From Gemmatimonadales bacterium (GTDB lineage: Bacteria > Gemmatimonadota > Gemmatimonadetes > Gemmatimonadales > GWC2-71-9): 64,000 nt of DNA. Below are positions 10,378-19,985 of this stretch, one piece after another (position 1 is the first letter of the stretch; every line of letters starts with the position of its first letter). Made by a program: the position numbers and the translations under genes. The notes beneath the pieces were generated by a model. It searched no databases. It was not told the origin of the DNA and was given only the letters and a program-made list of their open reading frames with translations. Location: NCBI GenBank assembly GCA_038321865.1, contig JBBQFH010000003.1, forward strand, positions 1-64,000. Direction: 5' to 3'.

Positions 10378-10938
10378 TTGGCACCTGAATGGACCTGCGC
10401 GCAGTGCGGCGAGCGGCACAGTCGCGACTTCGATCATTGCTGGAAGTGTGGTGCGAGCGGGCCACCCACTCTTCCTACGAGCGGTCTTGATGGGGATGAA
10501 TCAGAACTGGCGAGAGAACCTCCGCCGACGCCGGTTGGCGGCTGGACACGGCTTGGAGCGGACATTGTGGCCGGCGCCGGCTATGGTCTGGCGACCGCCG
10601 GCGTGCTCTTCCTCATGATCCTGTTCCGCGGACCGCAGATGGGTGCCAGGTATGACCTGAGTGGCATGCTGAAGGATATTGTCCAGCCGCTTTTGGCATG
10701 CGGCCTTGCCGGCGGTGCCTTGGTCGGTCCGCTCCGCCCACTGATGCGCACCGTGCCTGGGGCCGCAGTGGTCGGCGCAGCAGCAGGCGGTGTGCTTGGA
10801 ATCACGATGCAGGTGATTCCGCAGGGCTGGGAAGGCTACGAGAACTGGGTCACGTTCTATGTGGCCGCCCTCCTGTCGGGAGTGTTCGCGTTCCGCCGCT
10901 GGCGGCAGCCGCCAGGGCATTCCAAGCGCACCGCCTAA
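10378..10938 (+). CDS. Cassette: zinc-ribbon membrane protein
   Basis: WTCAQC...HCWKCG plus about 4 hydrophobic helices; GGAGG RBS; stop TAA inside attC R''. Confidence 0.75.
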   Translation: MAPEWTCAQCGERHSRDFDHCWKCGASGPPTLPTSGLDGDESELAREPPPTPVGGWTRLGADIVAGAGYGLATAGVLFLMILFRGPQMGARYDLSGMLKDIVQPLLACGLAGGALVGPLRPLMRTVPGAAVVGAAAGGVLGITMQVIPQGWEGYENWVTFYVAALLSGVFAFRRWRQPPGHSKRTA

Positions 10939-11028
10939 TCACTGCATGCAGCAGACAGGGCCACCGAGCTACTCCGCGTGCGCTGAGATTTGACTAGTGG
11001 CCCTGCAGCTGATGCGAGGGCATTAGGC
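10933..11028 (+). repeat. attC site (AAT/ATT core)
   Basis: GCCTAAT-CACTG-CATGCAGC...GCTGATG-CGAGGGC-ATTAGGC. Confidence 0.92.
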
Positions 11029-11048
11029 AGACCACAACCGGAGGCGCC

Positions 11049-11381
11049 ATGCGTTACGGCGTGTGGGTGCTCGCCCCCCTCCTCCTGGCCTGCGCGCACG
11101 CGGCAGTCGGGAAGCAGGCGGTTGCTCCGGAGGTCGAGTGCGACGGCAGTTCTTGTGAGCGGCCAATCGTCGTATATGCCGGCAGGGATCTGGCGGCCAT
11201 TAGCTGGGAGTAGTTTTGCTTGGCCAAGCATTATCCGGAGCATGGGCCGGTCGGTGAGGCTCTGGCCCACCGGAACGGGGGCTCCTACGATGAGCTGCAC
11301 GTTCCCACGGCTGATGGCCAGACCGCGTTCGTGTGCTTCGATATCGCCGCGGCGGATCATTCGTCATCTCGAGTCCTTTGA
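11049..11381 (+). pseudogene. Cassette lipoprotein gene with in-frame TAG at 11211
   Basis: GGAGG RBS, LLLAC lipobox, DGSSCERPIVV...WE*FCLAKHYP...YDEL...CFDI; frame continues past the stop. Confidence 0.6.
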
Positions 11382-11382
11382 A

Positions 11383-11404
11383 GCTGATGCGCGTTGCGTT
11401 ATAC
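11383..11404 (+). repeat. Right half of a canonical (GTT) attC site
   Basis: GCTGATG-CGCGTTGC-GTTATAC; no matching left arm. Confidence 0.65.
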
Positions 11405-11441
11405 CGCTACCTGACCCGTACCGCCGATAGGAGGAATCCGA

Positions 11442-12161
11442 ATGGCTAGATGCACCGCGCCCGTATACGGCCACCGCTCGGCAAGCGCCGCTGCAAACTG
11501 CCCTGCATGCGGCGGACGTTATCGCGGCTACGGAGGCTACGGGTCATACTCGTCCTACTCTTATTCCTCGCCAAGCAGCGGTGGCGTTAGCAGAAGCAGC
11601 AGCGGTGGGGGAGGAGGCGGTCGCAGGCCTCGATGGTCGCCGAGCACTTCGTCGCTGGTCTACACACCTATCGAGGTGGCAGCGCTCACGCCAGTCCGCA
11701 ACAACGTCGAGAAGCTGGCTACAGTGCCTGACCTTCGCGATGTCTTTCTATGCCACGCATGGGACGACCGACAAGGCGCCGCGAAAGAGCTTCACGATCT
11801 CTTGGAGTCGCGGGGCGTGAAGGTATGGTTCAGCGAAAAGGACGTGAGCCTTGGCGTTCCGCTGCTTCGTGCCATCGACAAAGGCCTGGCTCATTCGCGA
11901 GTCGGGATCGTGTTGGTGACCCCGGCGCTGCTGCGCCGCTTGCCGAATGAAGGCATCGCTGACAAAGAGCTCTCAGCACTCCTCGCAGGCGAACGGCTCG
12001 TACCCGTTGTACACGGAACGACGTACGAAGCGCTTCGTGATGTCAGCCCACTTCTGGCCTCGCGAAGCGGCCTAAGCACCGCAGAAGATTCCATGGTAGG
12101 CGTGGCGGACAAGCTCGCTGAACTAGTTTCGCTTGAGCTCTGTCCCATCACCAAACCGTGA
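11442..12161 (+). CDS. Cassette: TIR-domain protein with N-terminal Cys/His motif
   Basis: DVFLCHAWDD, VKVWFSE, IDKGL, SRVGIVLVTP, ADKEL; N-term C..H..CPAC and Gly/Ser linker. Confidence 0.88.
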   Translation: MARCTAPVYGHRSASAAANCPACGGRYRGYGGYGSYSSYSYSSPSSGGVSRSSSGGGGGGRRPRWSPSTSSLVYTPIEVAALTPVRNNVEKLATVPDLRDVFLCHAWDDRQGAAKELHDLLESRGVKVWFSEKDVSLGVPLLRAIDKGLAHSRVGIVLVTPALLRRLPNEGIADKELSALLAGERLVPVVHGTTYEALRDVSPLLASRSGLSTAEDSMVGVADKLAELVSLELCPITKP

Positions 12162-12254
12162 ATCGCGCTTACCAGTGATAAAGGAATCGAAGCCGTGTGC
12201 ACGATCATCCTATCTATCGGCACCGGCTCTGGCTCAGACATCGGTGCGCGAGCG

Positions 12255-12290
12255 GTATAACAGTCGTTGCAGTTGACAAGCGATCTAAGG
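12255..12290 (+). repeat. Left half of a canonical (AAC) attC site, truncated
   Basis: GTATAAC-AGTC-GTTGCAGT-TGAC; AGCGGTATAA is the reverse complement of TTATACCGCT at 11399. Confidence 0.7.
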
Positions 12291-12327
12291 ATTAGGCAGC
12301 AACTCACTCTTGCAAAGGCGGAGCGAG

Positions 12328-12840
12328 GTGACCGAAGATTTCCCGTACACAGCCTTTGAGCTTCCTGACGGTATAGACCCCGATCCCTGGGCGCGGGCGC
12401 TGCTAGAGCAAATCGAACGCGATGTGCGCCAAGGTAGTCGTGCGCCGTCCGATCGGCCACGAGTCTATTTCAGCGGCCACTCAATACGTGGAGATGACCA
12501 ACCACTTCAGGTAATCGCTGAGAATGATGCATACCGATCTGTTATAAACTTTGATATACGAGATTTTGATGCCGACGTACTGAGACGACGCGATTTGCCC
12601 AGTGATGTTGTTCCAGTGACGACCGCCAATGCAGGCTCCGGCCGGACGTGTTGTTTCCTGCGTGGGATCTGGCGTATCACCCTCCTGAATGGGCAATCCG
12701 CCCTGAGTTTTGTGAACGTCACGACTGGCGAGACCCGTGTGGTGAGCCTTAATGCACACGAGAGCATAGACGAGGCTCGGCTAGACAGCATGTACGCAAC
12801 GGACCTCCATGCATTGTTCCGCCGCAGCGGCGCCGAGTAG
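12328..12840 (+). CDS. Cassette: hypothetical protein
   Basis: ORF fills the cassette bounded by TTAGGCAGCA (12292) and TGCTGCCTAA (12851). Confidence 0.65.
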   Translation: MTEDFPYTAFELPDGIDPDPWARALLEQIERDVRQGSRAPSDRPRVYFSGHSIRGDDQPLQVIAENDAYRSVINFDIRDFDADVLRRRDLPSDVVPVTTANAGSGRTCCFLRGIWRITLLNGQSALSFVNVTTGETRVVSLNAHESIDEARLDSMYATDLHALFRRSGAE

Positions 12841-12854
12841 ACTCCGCATCTGCT

Positions 12855-12950
12855 GCCTAATCACTGCATGCAGCAGACGAGGGCGCCAGGCATTTGTGAT
12901 CGTTTGAGTATTTGATTGGCGCCCTCGCAGCTGATGCGACGGCATTACAC
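12855..12950 (+). repeat. attC site (AAT/ATT core)
   Basis: GCCTAAT...GAGGGCGCCA/TGGCGCCCTC stem...ATTACAC. Confidence 0.9.
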
Positions 12951-13160
12951 CGCCAAACAACTGCCGGGATGACATGGTAGATCGGTGCCAGCCGTTTGCT
13001 CTGATCCATAGGCATTGGAGCGACCGCCCGATCCGATGCGATAGGCGTTAATCCCGCAGGATGTTGAGGATCGCGTTCGACCGTCAGGGACACCGTTACA
13101 CACGATCTCCTTTCGGTGGAGCTACCCTAAGCCTGGGACTGACTACCCATACGCTGACCC

Positions 13161-16100
13161 ATGAACCTGGCAACTGCAACGGATCTCAATCGTTGGGCGG
13201 ACCTGCGGGAGTCCCAGGGTATTCTGCCCCAGCTCGTACGTCGCCTGATCTCGGCTACCGGCAGCGGCGTGACGCGGCTCTCGGTTCGAGCCGGCGAGGG
13301 AGTAGCCCTTCCTGATTGGGACGGTGTCGTCGACGCCAGTGAGGCTGATGCTCACGTCCCCACGGGAAGGTCGGTATGGGAGATGGGCGTCGGCGGAGAT
13401 CCGAGAGCTAAGGCGACCCAGGACTACCGCAAGCGGACAGACGACCCCGGCGACGTGAATCGCGCGGAAGCTGCCTTCGTCTTCGTCACCCCGCGGAGGT
13501 GGCCTGGAAAGGAGGAATGGATCCGGGCGAAGGCCGGCGAGGGGCTGTGGAAAGAGGTCATCGCCTATGATGCCGATGACCTCGAGACGTGGTTAGAGCG
13601 CGCGCCGCATGTCCATGCCTGGATCTCAGCTCTACTGGGCAAGGACCCCTACGAGGTCGAGAGTCTGGAAACGTGGTGGGAGAGTTGGGCTGGCGCGACA
13701 AACCCGCCGCTTCGGCCAGAGCTGCTGCTGTCGTCGCGCGAGAGCGAAATCGCACGGGTGCGCGAGGTCACGACCGCGGCACCCGCTAGTCTGACAGTCT
13801 CTGCGGACAGTCAAGAAGAGGCGGCCGCGTTCGTTGCTTCCGCTCTGCGTTCACCGGTCGGAGCGGCAGCGAATCAGCTTGAGCGGGCGCTAATCGTGCG
13901 CACACCGTCCGCTTGGCGCCTCGTCGCTATGAACGATCGCCCGATGATATTGGTACCCCTTTTTCCGAATCCACAGGTCTCAGCTGCGGTCGGGCGCGGG
14001 CATGCTGTGATCGTCCCCCTCGGACGGGAGGTCGAGGCCTCTAGCGGCGTGAACCTGCCCCGGCTGCGGAGGGCAGCGATTGAAGGTGAGCTGTTGGAGA
14101 TGGGTATACCAGAGCAACGCGCCCGGTTGCTCGCTACGCTAGGGCGGCGGAGCCTGCTCTCACTTCGGCGAGGCTTGGCTGTCCATCCAGAGTTGGAGCA
14201 GCCGGCGTGGGCTCGGGCGGATCGCGCTCGTTGTGTTCTTCCTGCCGTTCTCGCTGGCCGCTGGAACGATCGAAGAGAAGGCGATCGCGCGGCCGTCAGC
14301 CAACTTTCCGGCCGATCGTACGACGACTTTGCTGCTGAGGTAACCGGGTGGGCCAACGCCTCCGATCCCCCGACGCGTCGTGTGGGGGACGTCTGGCTCA
14401 CAACGGCGAAGGATGACGCGTGGCAACTGCTGGCTCGATATGCGACAGATGACGATCTGGATCGCTTCAGCACAGTTGCTCGGGAGGTGATATGTGGCGA
14501 GGACCCGACCATAGGTCTCCAGCGCGGCGAACGCCTACTTGCCCCCCTTCTCGGTAAGCAGCGCGAACATTCCCCGCACCTGATCGAGGGATTGGCCGAG
14601 ACGCTCGCGCTCATGGCCGCGCTGTCGGACCGAGTACTGCTGCCCGGCGGTCGTCGGGGGCAGGAGCTGGCTACCGATGTTGTTCGTTCACTTCTTGATG
14701 CGGCCAACCGTGATCTGACAGGGCGCCGTTGGATCGCTGTCGCGAGTACCCTACCGTTGTTGGCTGAGGCAGCGCCGGAGGCCTTCCTGGCGGCGGCGGA
14801 AGCTGGTTTGGCAGGGGAAGGTCCAGTGCTGTTGAAGGTGTTCCAGGATGGTGGCGAATACGACTCCTTCTTCGGTGCCTCGGCACACCCTTCGCTCCTC
14901 TGGGCGATCGAGGGTATCGCCTGGTCGACAGACTATCTTGCGCGTGCGGCTCTTCTACTCGCACGGCTGAGCAGGCTTGATCCGGGAGGGAAGCTGGTCA
15001 ATCGCCCTTCCGCGAGCCTCCGGAACATGCTGCTGATGTGGCGACCGGGGACCTCAGCCACCGTTGACGAGCGGCTCCAGGTAGTGGATATCATCCGCAG
15101 CCGGGAACCGGAGGTCGCGTGGAAACTGATCCTCCAGCTCATCCCGACAGGGCACGAATCTGCGAGTAGCACGCATTCGCCGAAATGGAGAGACTGGAAG
15201 CCGGAAGACCTGCGGCGGGCCACTTACGGGGACATCGCTCATGCGGTCCGCGAACTGGCAAGGCGCGGTTTGCAGGACGTCGGGGTGCGCGGGGATCGGT
15301 GGGTGGCGCTGTTGAGCCGCATTGCCGACCTTCCCGGCGATCTGCGCCAGGCTGTTATCGATCAGCTGGCTGAAGCGGTACTCCAGTTCGGGGAAGGAGA
15401 TAAGGCAGTCGTGGCGAATGAGCTCCATGCGCTCATCGGGAGGCACCGAGAGTTCACCGATGCTGAATGGGCGATGGATCCGGCGGACGTTGAACGTCTT
15501 CAGCAAGTCCTTCCAGGTCTGGAGCCGGCGAGCCCACTCGCCAGAAACGCATGGCTCTTCCAGTCAGGGGCATCATTCCGTCGCCGCCGGGGTGGTACGG
15601 GTGCGCAGGATCTCCCCGATGCGCAACGGGAGGCGATGACAGAGTGCCTCGTTGCGGTCAGCATTGGGGAGATTCTCACTTGGGCGGAGACGTTCGACTC
15701 CAACGGCTACAGTCAGCACGCCATCGGTTGGGCGCTCGCCGCGGTGGGCTTGGACGGAACTGACGCGTCCCTTGTAATACTTGAGTCGCTAACAGCAGAG
15801 AGCAGGAAACAGGCAACTGTCGCCGCTGCATACGTGTCTCGGATGGCGCAGACACACGCGACGGATTTGGTCGGCTGGACCAACAACATCATCTCCGGTA
15901 CAGGTGCAGCCTGGGCTCCAGATCATAAGGCCACCTTCCTTGCTGCGTTGCAGCCAAGTGAAGAACTGTGGGAATTCGTGGAGTCGCTTGGTGCCGCTGT
16001 GGAGAGGGGGTACTGGCAGCGGATGGGGCCCTACAACCTTCCCCAGGATCAGCGTTCTCGCGATCATGCATCACGGAAGCTGATGGCGTACGATCAGCCG

Positions 16101-16943
16101 TATGCCGCTGTGATGCTGCTGGATCCACATGGCGAAGTCGATCCTCCGTCCCTGGAGCTGATTGCTGAAGCACTCGAGGCCGTCGTGAGGATCGAGGCAT
16201 CTGGCCCACTCGACAGCATGTTCTCATACCATGTAGACCGGCACCTCAGGCGCCTCGAGGAAGCCGCGTTCGATGAGCACCGGCTCGCCCGAATCGAGTG
16301 GAGCTACCTGCCACTGTTTAGGTACGAGAATCGGCCGATGCGGGTCCTCCACCTCGCGTTGGCGAATGAACCGACTTTCTTCGTTCAGGTGATCGAGGCC
16401 GTCTATCGCGCCGAAGGTGAGGAGCCACGGGAGCTATCGTCCGAGGAAGCCAGCAAGGCGGCCATCGCGCGAGATCTACTCGGGTCTTGGCGTCACCTGC
16501 CAGGCAGGCGTGAGGACGGTTCGATCGATCCCGAAGCACTGAACGCTTGGGTCGATGCTGCTCGCGCACAGCTCACGGCAAGCGGCCGTTTAGGGATTGG
16601 TGATCACGTCATCGGGCAGGTCTTGCGATACGGCCCCGGCCCACGTGAGGATCAGTGGCCGGCGCAGGAAATCTGCGAGCTCGTTGATCGAATTGGGAGC
16701 GACGACCTAGCGAGCGGTTTCCGAATAGAGGTATTCAACAGCCGCGGGGTTACCACTCGTGCGCCCACTGACGGCGGACAGCAAGAGCGGGCCTTGGCCG
16801 CGCAGTATCGGAGGTACGCTGAGGCGGTCCGGTTGCGCTGGCCGCGGACTGCAGTCGTCCTGAGGAGCCTGGCAGAGACCTATGAAGCCGACGCCGTGCG
16901 CGAGGACGCCAACGCCGACCTCACCGAAGATCTTTGGGGATGA
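13161..16943 (+). CDS. Cassette: 1260-aa protein with putative restriction-endonuclease-like N-terminus and helical C-terminus (candidate defence protein)
   Basis: Long intact ORF; WDG...SVWEMG...KATQDYRKR...FVFVTPRRW; function inferred. Confidence 0.7.
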   Translation: MNLATATDLNRWADLRESQGILPQLVRRLISATGSGVTRLSVRAGEGVALPDWDGVVDASEADAHVPTGRSVWEMGVGGDPRAKATQDYRKRTDDPGDVNRAEAAFVFVTPRRWPGKEEWIRAKAGEGLWKEVIAYDADDLETWLERAPHVHAWISALLGKDPYEVESLETWWESWAGATNPPLRPELLLSSRESEIARVREVTTAAPASLTVSADSQEEAAAFVASALRSPVGAAANQLERALIVRTPSAWRLVAMNDRPMILVPLFPNPQVSAAVGRGHAVIVPLGREVEASSGVNLPRLRRAAIEGELLEMGIPEQRARLLATLGRRSLLSLRRGLAVHPELEQPAWARADRARCVLPAVLAGRWNDRREGDRAAVSQLSGRSYDDFAAEVTGWANASDPPTRRVGDVWLTTAKDDAWQLLARYATDDDLDRFSTVAREVICGEDPTIGLQRGERLLAPLLGKQREHSPHLIEGLAETLALMAALSDRVLLPGGRRGQELATDVVRSLLDAANRDLTGRRWIAVASTLPLLAEAAPEAFLAAAEAGLAGEGPVLLKVFQDGGEYDSFFGASAHPSLLWAIEGIAWSTDYLARAALLLARLSRLDPGGKLVNRPSASLRNMLLMWRPGTSATVDERLQVVDIIRSREPEVAWKLILQLIPTGHESASSTHSPKWRDWKPEDLRRATYGDIAHAVRELARRGLQDVGVRGDRWVALLSRIADLPGDLRQAVIDQLAEAVLQFGEGDKAVVANELHALIGRHREFTDAEWAMDPADVERLQQVLPGLEPASPLARNAWLFQSGASFRRRRGGTGAQDLPDAQREAMTECLVAVSIGEILTWAETFDSNGYSQHAIGWALAAVGLDGTDASLVILESLTAESRKQATVAAAYVSRMAQTHATDLVGWTNNIISGTGAAWAPDHKATFLAALQPSEELWEFVESLGAAVERGYWQRMGPYNLPQDQRSRDHASRKLMAYDQPYAAVMLLDPHGEVDPPSLELIAEALEAVVRIEASGPLDSMFSYHVDRHLRRLEEAAFDEHRLARIEWSYLPLFRYENRPMRVLHLALANEPTFFVQVIEAVYRAEGEEPRELSSEEASKAAIARDLLGSWRHLPGRREDGSIDPEALNAWVDAARAQLTASGRLGIGDHVIGQVLRYGPGPREDQWPAQEICELVDRIGSDDLASGFRIEVFNSRGVTTRAPTDGGQQERALAAQYRRYAEAVRLRWPRTAVVLRSLAETYEADAVREDANADLTEDLWG

Positions 16944-17448
16944 ACATGTTGAGAGCACGACCGTGACATGGTTGGTCCCATTTCGCGGTCTCGTCAGATC
17001 GTCGGGATCCAAACATGGCGACCGAGATCGAGCAGGATGTCGCCGTGCCGCCTACTAGATGATCGCGGCCATCCGCGCCAACACAGGCGAGTTGCGCGCG
17101 TCACAACGTTCCCGACGGCCAGCGGAAGCTGGAGCAGAAGACTTGTTCGCTGCCAGCGAACTCTTTGCAAAGGCTAGGTTGATGCTTCACCCTGACAAAG
17201 CGAATCACGGTGGCAGGTCACGGGTTCGTGCAGGCGGAGATATATCGTCAGCGCATACGGGTCACGTACCATCGGACTTTGTTGACGCGTTCAAGACGCT
17301 CCAGCAGTTACAGCCGAAGGTCAGATACGGCAGTAACTACGCACTATCGATCCTCCTGAGGGTCGACGCCTCTCCAGCGGTTAGTGACTTTTGCTCGCAG
17401 ATTGCTGCAGGAAGACCACGGTGCCCCCCCACCGGACGAGGTTCGGCG

Positions 17449-17546
17449 GTCTATCACTGCATCCAGCCGGCAAAGCGGCCGGGCTTTTGCCCTGCATGCC
17501 TTGGGGAACACATGGCCGCTTTGCAGTTGATGCGAGGGCATTAGTC
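17449..17546 (+). repeat. Degenerate attC site
   Basis: GTCTATCACTGCATCCAGC...AAAGCGGCC/GGCCGCTTT...GTTGATGCGAGGGCATTAGTC; close to attC 54137. Confidence 0.8.
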
Positions 17547-17561
17547 GCCAGCGGAGTCAGC

Positions 17562-18041
17562 GTGATTCTGCATCTCAGCCACCGTATATGTAGGGGCAGT
17601 CACGCTGACCTATTTGATCCGGCGGACGGCTGGATCTACAAGCTATTTCGGACGAGCAAGCCGACGTTTCACAACGGTCGGGCTCTAGCTGCTTTTCATG
17701 CCGAGCTGGAAGCGTTCAGGCTCTCCGCGACTGACCCGATAATTGCGAACCACGTTCCGGCATTTAACGGCCCAACGCCGATCGATGCGGTACTGGACTC
17801 AGCCGGTAGAAGCCGAGCCGCATGGTACCTATTGGAGTGTTGCTATCGAACCGCGCGGCTACCAGGCCCAGAGTGCCGAGTATTCGGCTGGCCAGCTGAG
17901 CGAGAAGCTGAAGGAGCAGCGCTATTGAAACGCTTTGATGAAGTTGGGATCCGACACGCCGTCGACGCTTCCGTCTTTGGTACCGACCCGGGGCAGACCA
18001 TGAAGTTCGTCGACATAGCAACGTTCGACGCGCGCGCGTAG
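17562..18041 (+). CDS. Cassette: small protein with kinase-like motifs
   Basis: GGAG RBS + GTG; RGSHADLF, IYKLF, AELEAF, KFVD. Confidence 0.55.
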   Translation: MILHLSHRICRGSHADLFDPADGWIYKLFRTSKPTFHNGRALAAFHAELEAFRLSATDPIIANHVPAFNGPTPIDAVLDSAGRSRAAWYLLECCYRTARLPGPECRVFGWPAEREAEGAALLKRFDEVGIRHAVDASVFGTDPGQTMKFVDIATFDARA

Positions 18042-18060
18042 CAGGGATCCAGGCTTCGGC

Positions 18061-18157
18061 GCCTAATCACTGCATGCAGCAGACAGGGCCACCGGACTAC
18101 TCCGCATGTCTTGAGATATGATTCGTGGGCGCTGCAGCTGATGCGAGGGCATTACGC
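18061..18157 (+). repeat. attC site (AAT/ATT core)
   Basis: GCCTAAT...GCTGATGCGAGGGC-ATTACGC. Confidence 0.9.
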
Positions 18158-18163
18158 GGCGTC

Positions 18164-18655
18164 GTGAATGCAGCGAGGCTGTCATTGACCGTTTGGGCCG
18201 TCGTCATCTTTGTGGCACTTGCCATTTGGCTCGCGCGAGCTAGTGCAAAGCAGGCGCGCAAGCCCGTCGGGCCGCGTTTTCCGGAGCGCTACGATCTCGA
18301 CAATTCGCAGCACGTAGCGCTGATAGATCGAATCAGAGGCCGCTACAGCCATTTGATGGGGTACGATAACAGCCCATATGCAGGCTGCATGTACAAGCCG
18401 GCGAGCCTACTCCCGTATCCAAAGCCGGAAATCGAGAAGGCGATTCGCAGCTTGCTGTCGTACGCTAATGGCTCGAGTGGGTCGCGTTTGCTCAATCCAT
18501 CGATTCGCAACCAAGACGTCGTAGATCAGCTAGAGGTGGCGTTAGCCACTCTGACCATGTTCCTGGATTTACCGCCGCAAGACCTTCCCACTGAGCCGAG
18601 GCAGAATGGCGTGGTAGGTGCGGCGCACTGGAGCGCTAGCGAAGCAGGCGGTTAA
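18164..18655 (+). CDS. Cassette: hypothetical protein with N-terminal membrane anchor
   Basis: Hydrophobic segment then soluble domain; stop in degenerate R''. Confidence 0.65.
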   Translation: MNAARLSLTVWAVVIFVALAIWLARASAKQARKPVGPRFPERYDLDNSQHVALIDRIRGRYSHLMGYDNSPYAGCMYKPASLLPYPKPEIEKAIRSLLSYANGSSGSRLLNPSIRNQDVVDQLEVALATLTMFLDLPPQDLPTEPRQNGVVGAAHWSASEAGG

Positions 18656-18740
18656 TCAGTTGCATGCACCAGACCGGGCCACTGACGTTTAGACCATGCC
18701 TGGGATTTGAGTAGCGGCCTGAGGTAGCTGATCGAAACGC
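18650..18740 (+). repeat. Strongly decayed attC site
   Basis: GGTTAATCAGTTGCATGCACCAGACCGGGCCAC...GTAGCTGATCG; right core lost. Confidence 0.65.
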
Positions 18741-18836
18741 CGCCTGTACACGCGCGTGAGATCATTGGCGCCCGGGTCCGGTCCAGCAATTGGCCAATCC
18801 GCCGTACGTTCCACTGCCCCAGCCCACAGGCAGCCG

Positions 18837-19985
18837 ATGCGCAACGTGTTCATGCTCTATATGCCGCCGGGAAACCGGCAAGCCATGGTGCATTACGAGG
18901 ACACGATTCGCCAGCGGGTCCCGCTGGAGCGCATCGCGCCCCTCGTCAGCCGCAGCTTGGCCGATGAGCTGAAGCGCGTCTTTCAGTCGAATCGAATTGC
19001 CGTTTGGGGATCGGTTCCCGGGCCGCGCAACCAGCAGACGTTCGATCGGATGACCGCCGGCGATTACGTCCTCATCGTCGAGGGCGACCACATCCGGCTC
19101 CTGGGGCAGATTGCGGCGAAGACCGCTAACGCGGGGCTCTCGCACGAGCTATGGCGTCCGCTCCAAGGGGATGAGAATGCCTCCTGGTCTCTCGTCTACT
19201 TCATCGCCAATGCGCGCGAGCTCGACGTGCCCTTCTCGGCGCTGTGCGATCTATTCGGGTTCCGGAGCTCCTTTCAGCTTCGTGGCCTGACGGGCGTGGC
19301 GGCCAGCCGCCTCGAAACATTCTACGCTCGTTACGACGACCTTTACTCGGTGCTCGTGAAGCTGGAAGCGCGCCAGCCGATTGTCGAGCGCCAGGAGCCG
19401 AGGCCCGCAGCCTCCGTCGCCGCGGCGCCAGCAACCGAGTTGCAGCTTGACGATGTGGAGCGTGTGCTGCAGCCCGACGGAATATCGGACCACGTGCGCA
19501 TGCAGTGGAAGCTCGCGCGGCTCGGTATCAAGGCTGGCGAAAAGGTCTGGGTGCCAACTGGCGACCAGGGGAAGCTAAAGCGTTCGTTCGAGTTTGACGC
19601 TTTCGACAAGGAGTTCAGTTCGGGAATCGATCTACCACATTCCTATGTCGAGAACATCGATGTGGTCTGGAAGCAGGAGTTTCGCATCGCGGCCGCCTAC
19701 GAAATTGAGAATTCCACATCCATCTATTCGGGCCTGCTCAGGTTTTCCGACCTAATGATCCTGGCGCCGAACACCATCTACCCACTCTTCGTAGTCGCGC
19801 CGTCAGAGCGCAAGAACCGGCTCCGCGAGCAGCTCCGCCGGCCTACGTTCAAGCGGATGAATCTGGCGGAACACGTCAGGTTCCTGTCGTACGAAGCGGT
19901 GGATGAGATCGATGAGTTCTTCCAGCAGCATGAATCAGGACTGACTGTAGACATCCTCAAAGGCCGGTCGGAGGCTTCGGGTTGA
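18837..19985 (+). CDS. Putative restriction endonuclease: EVE/PUA-like N-domain plus PD-(D/E)XK-like C-domain
   Basis: IAVWG...TFDRMTAGDYVLI; ENIDVVW...AAYEIENSTSIYSGLLRFSDL. Confidence 0.65.
   Translation: MRNVFMLYMPPGNRQAMVHYEDTIRQRVPLERIAPLVSRSLADELKRVFQSNRIAVWGSVPGPRNQQTFDRMTAGDYVLIVEGDHIRLLGQIAAKTANAGLSHELWRPLQGDENASWSLVYFIANARELDVPFSALCDLFGFRSSFQLRGLTGVAASRLETFYARYDDLYSVLVKLEARQPIVERQEPRPAASVAAAPATELQLDDVERVLQPDGISDHVRMQWKLARLGIKAGEKVWVPTGDQGKLKRSFEFDAFDKEFSSGIDLPHSYVENIDVVWKQEFRIAAAYEIENSTSIYSGLLRFSDLMILAPNTIYPLFVVAPSERKNRLREQLRRPTFKRMNLAEHVRFLSYEAVDEIDEFFQQHESGLTVDILKGRSEASG

Larger units (their letters stand above)
10310..18740 (+). mobile_element. Integron cassette array without adjacent integrase (CALIN-like)
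   Basis: Three intact and two degenerate attC sites of the same family as the 53-64 kb array, separating short unrelated ORFs. Confidence 0.9.
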
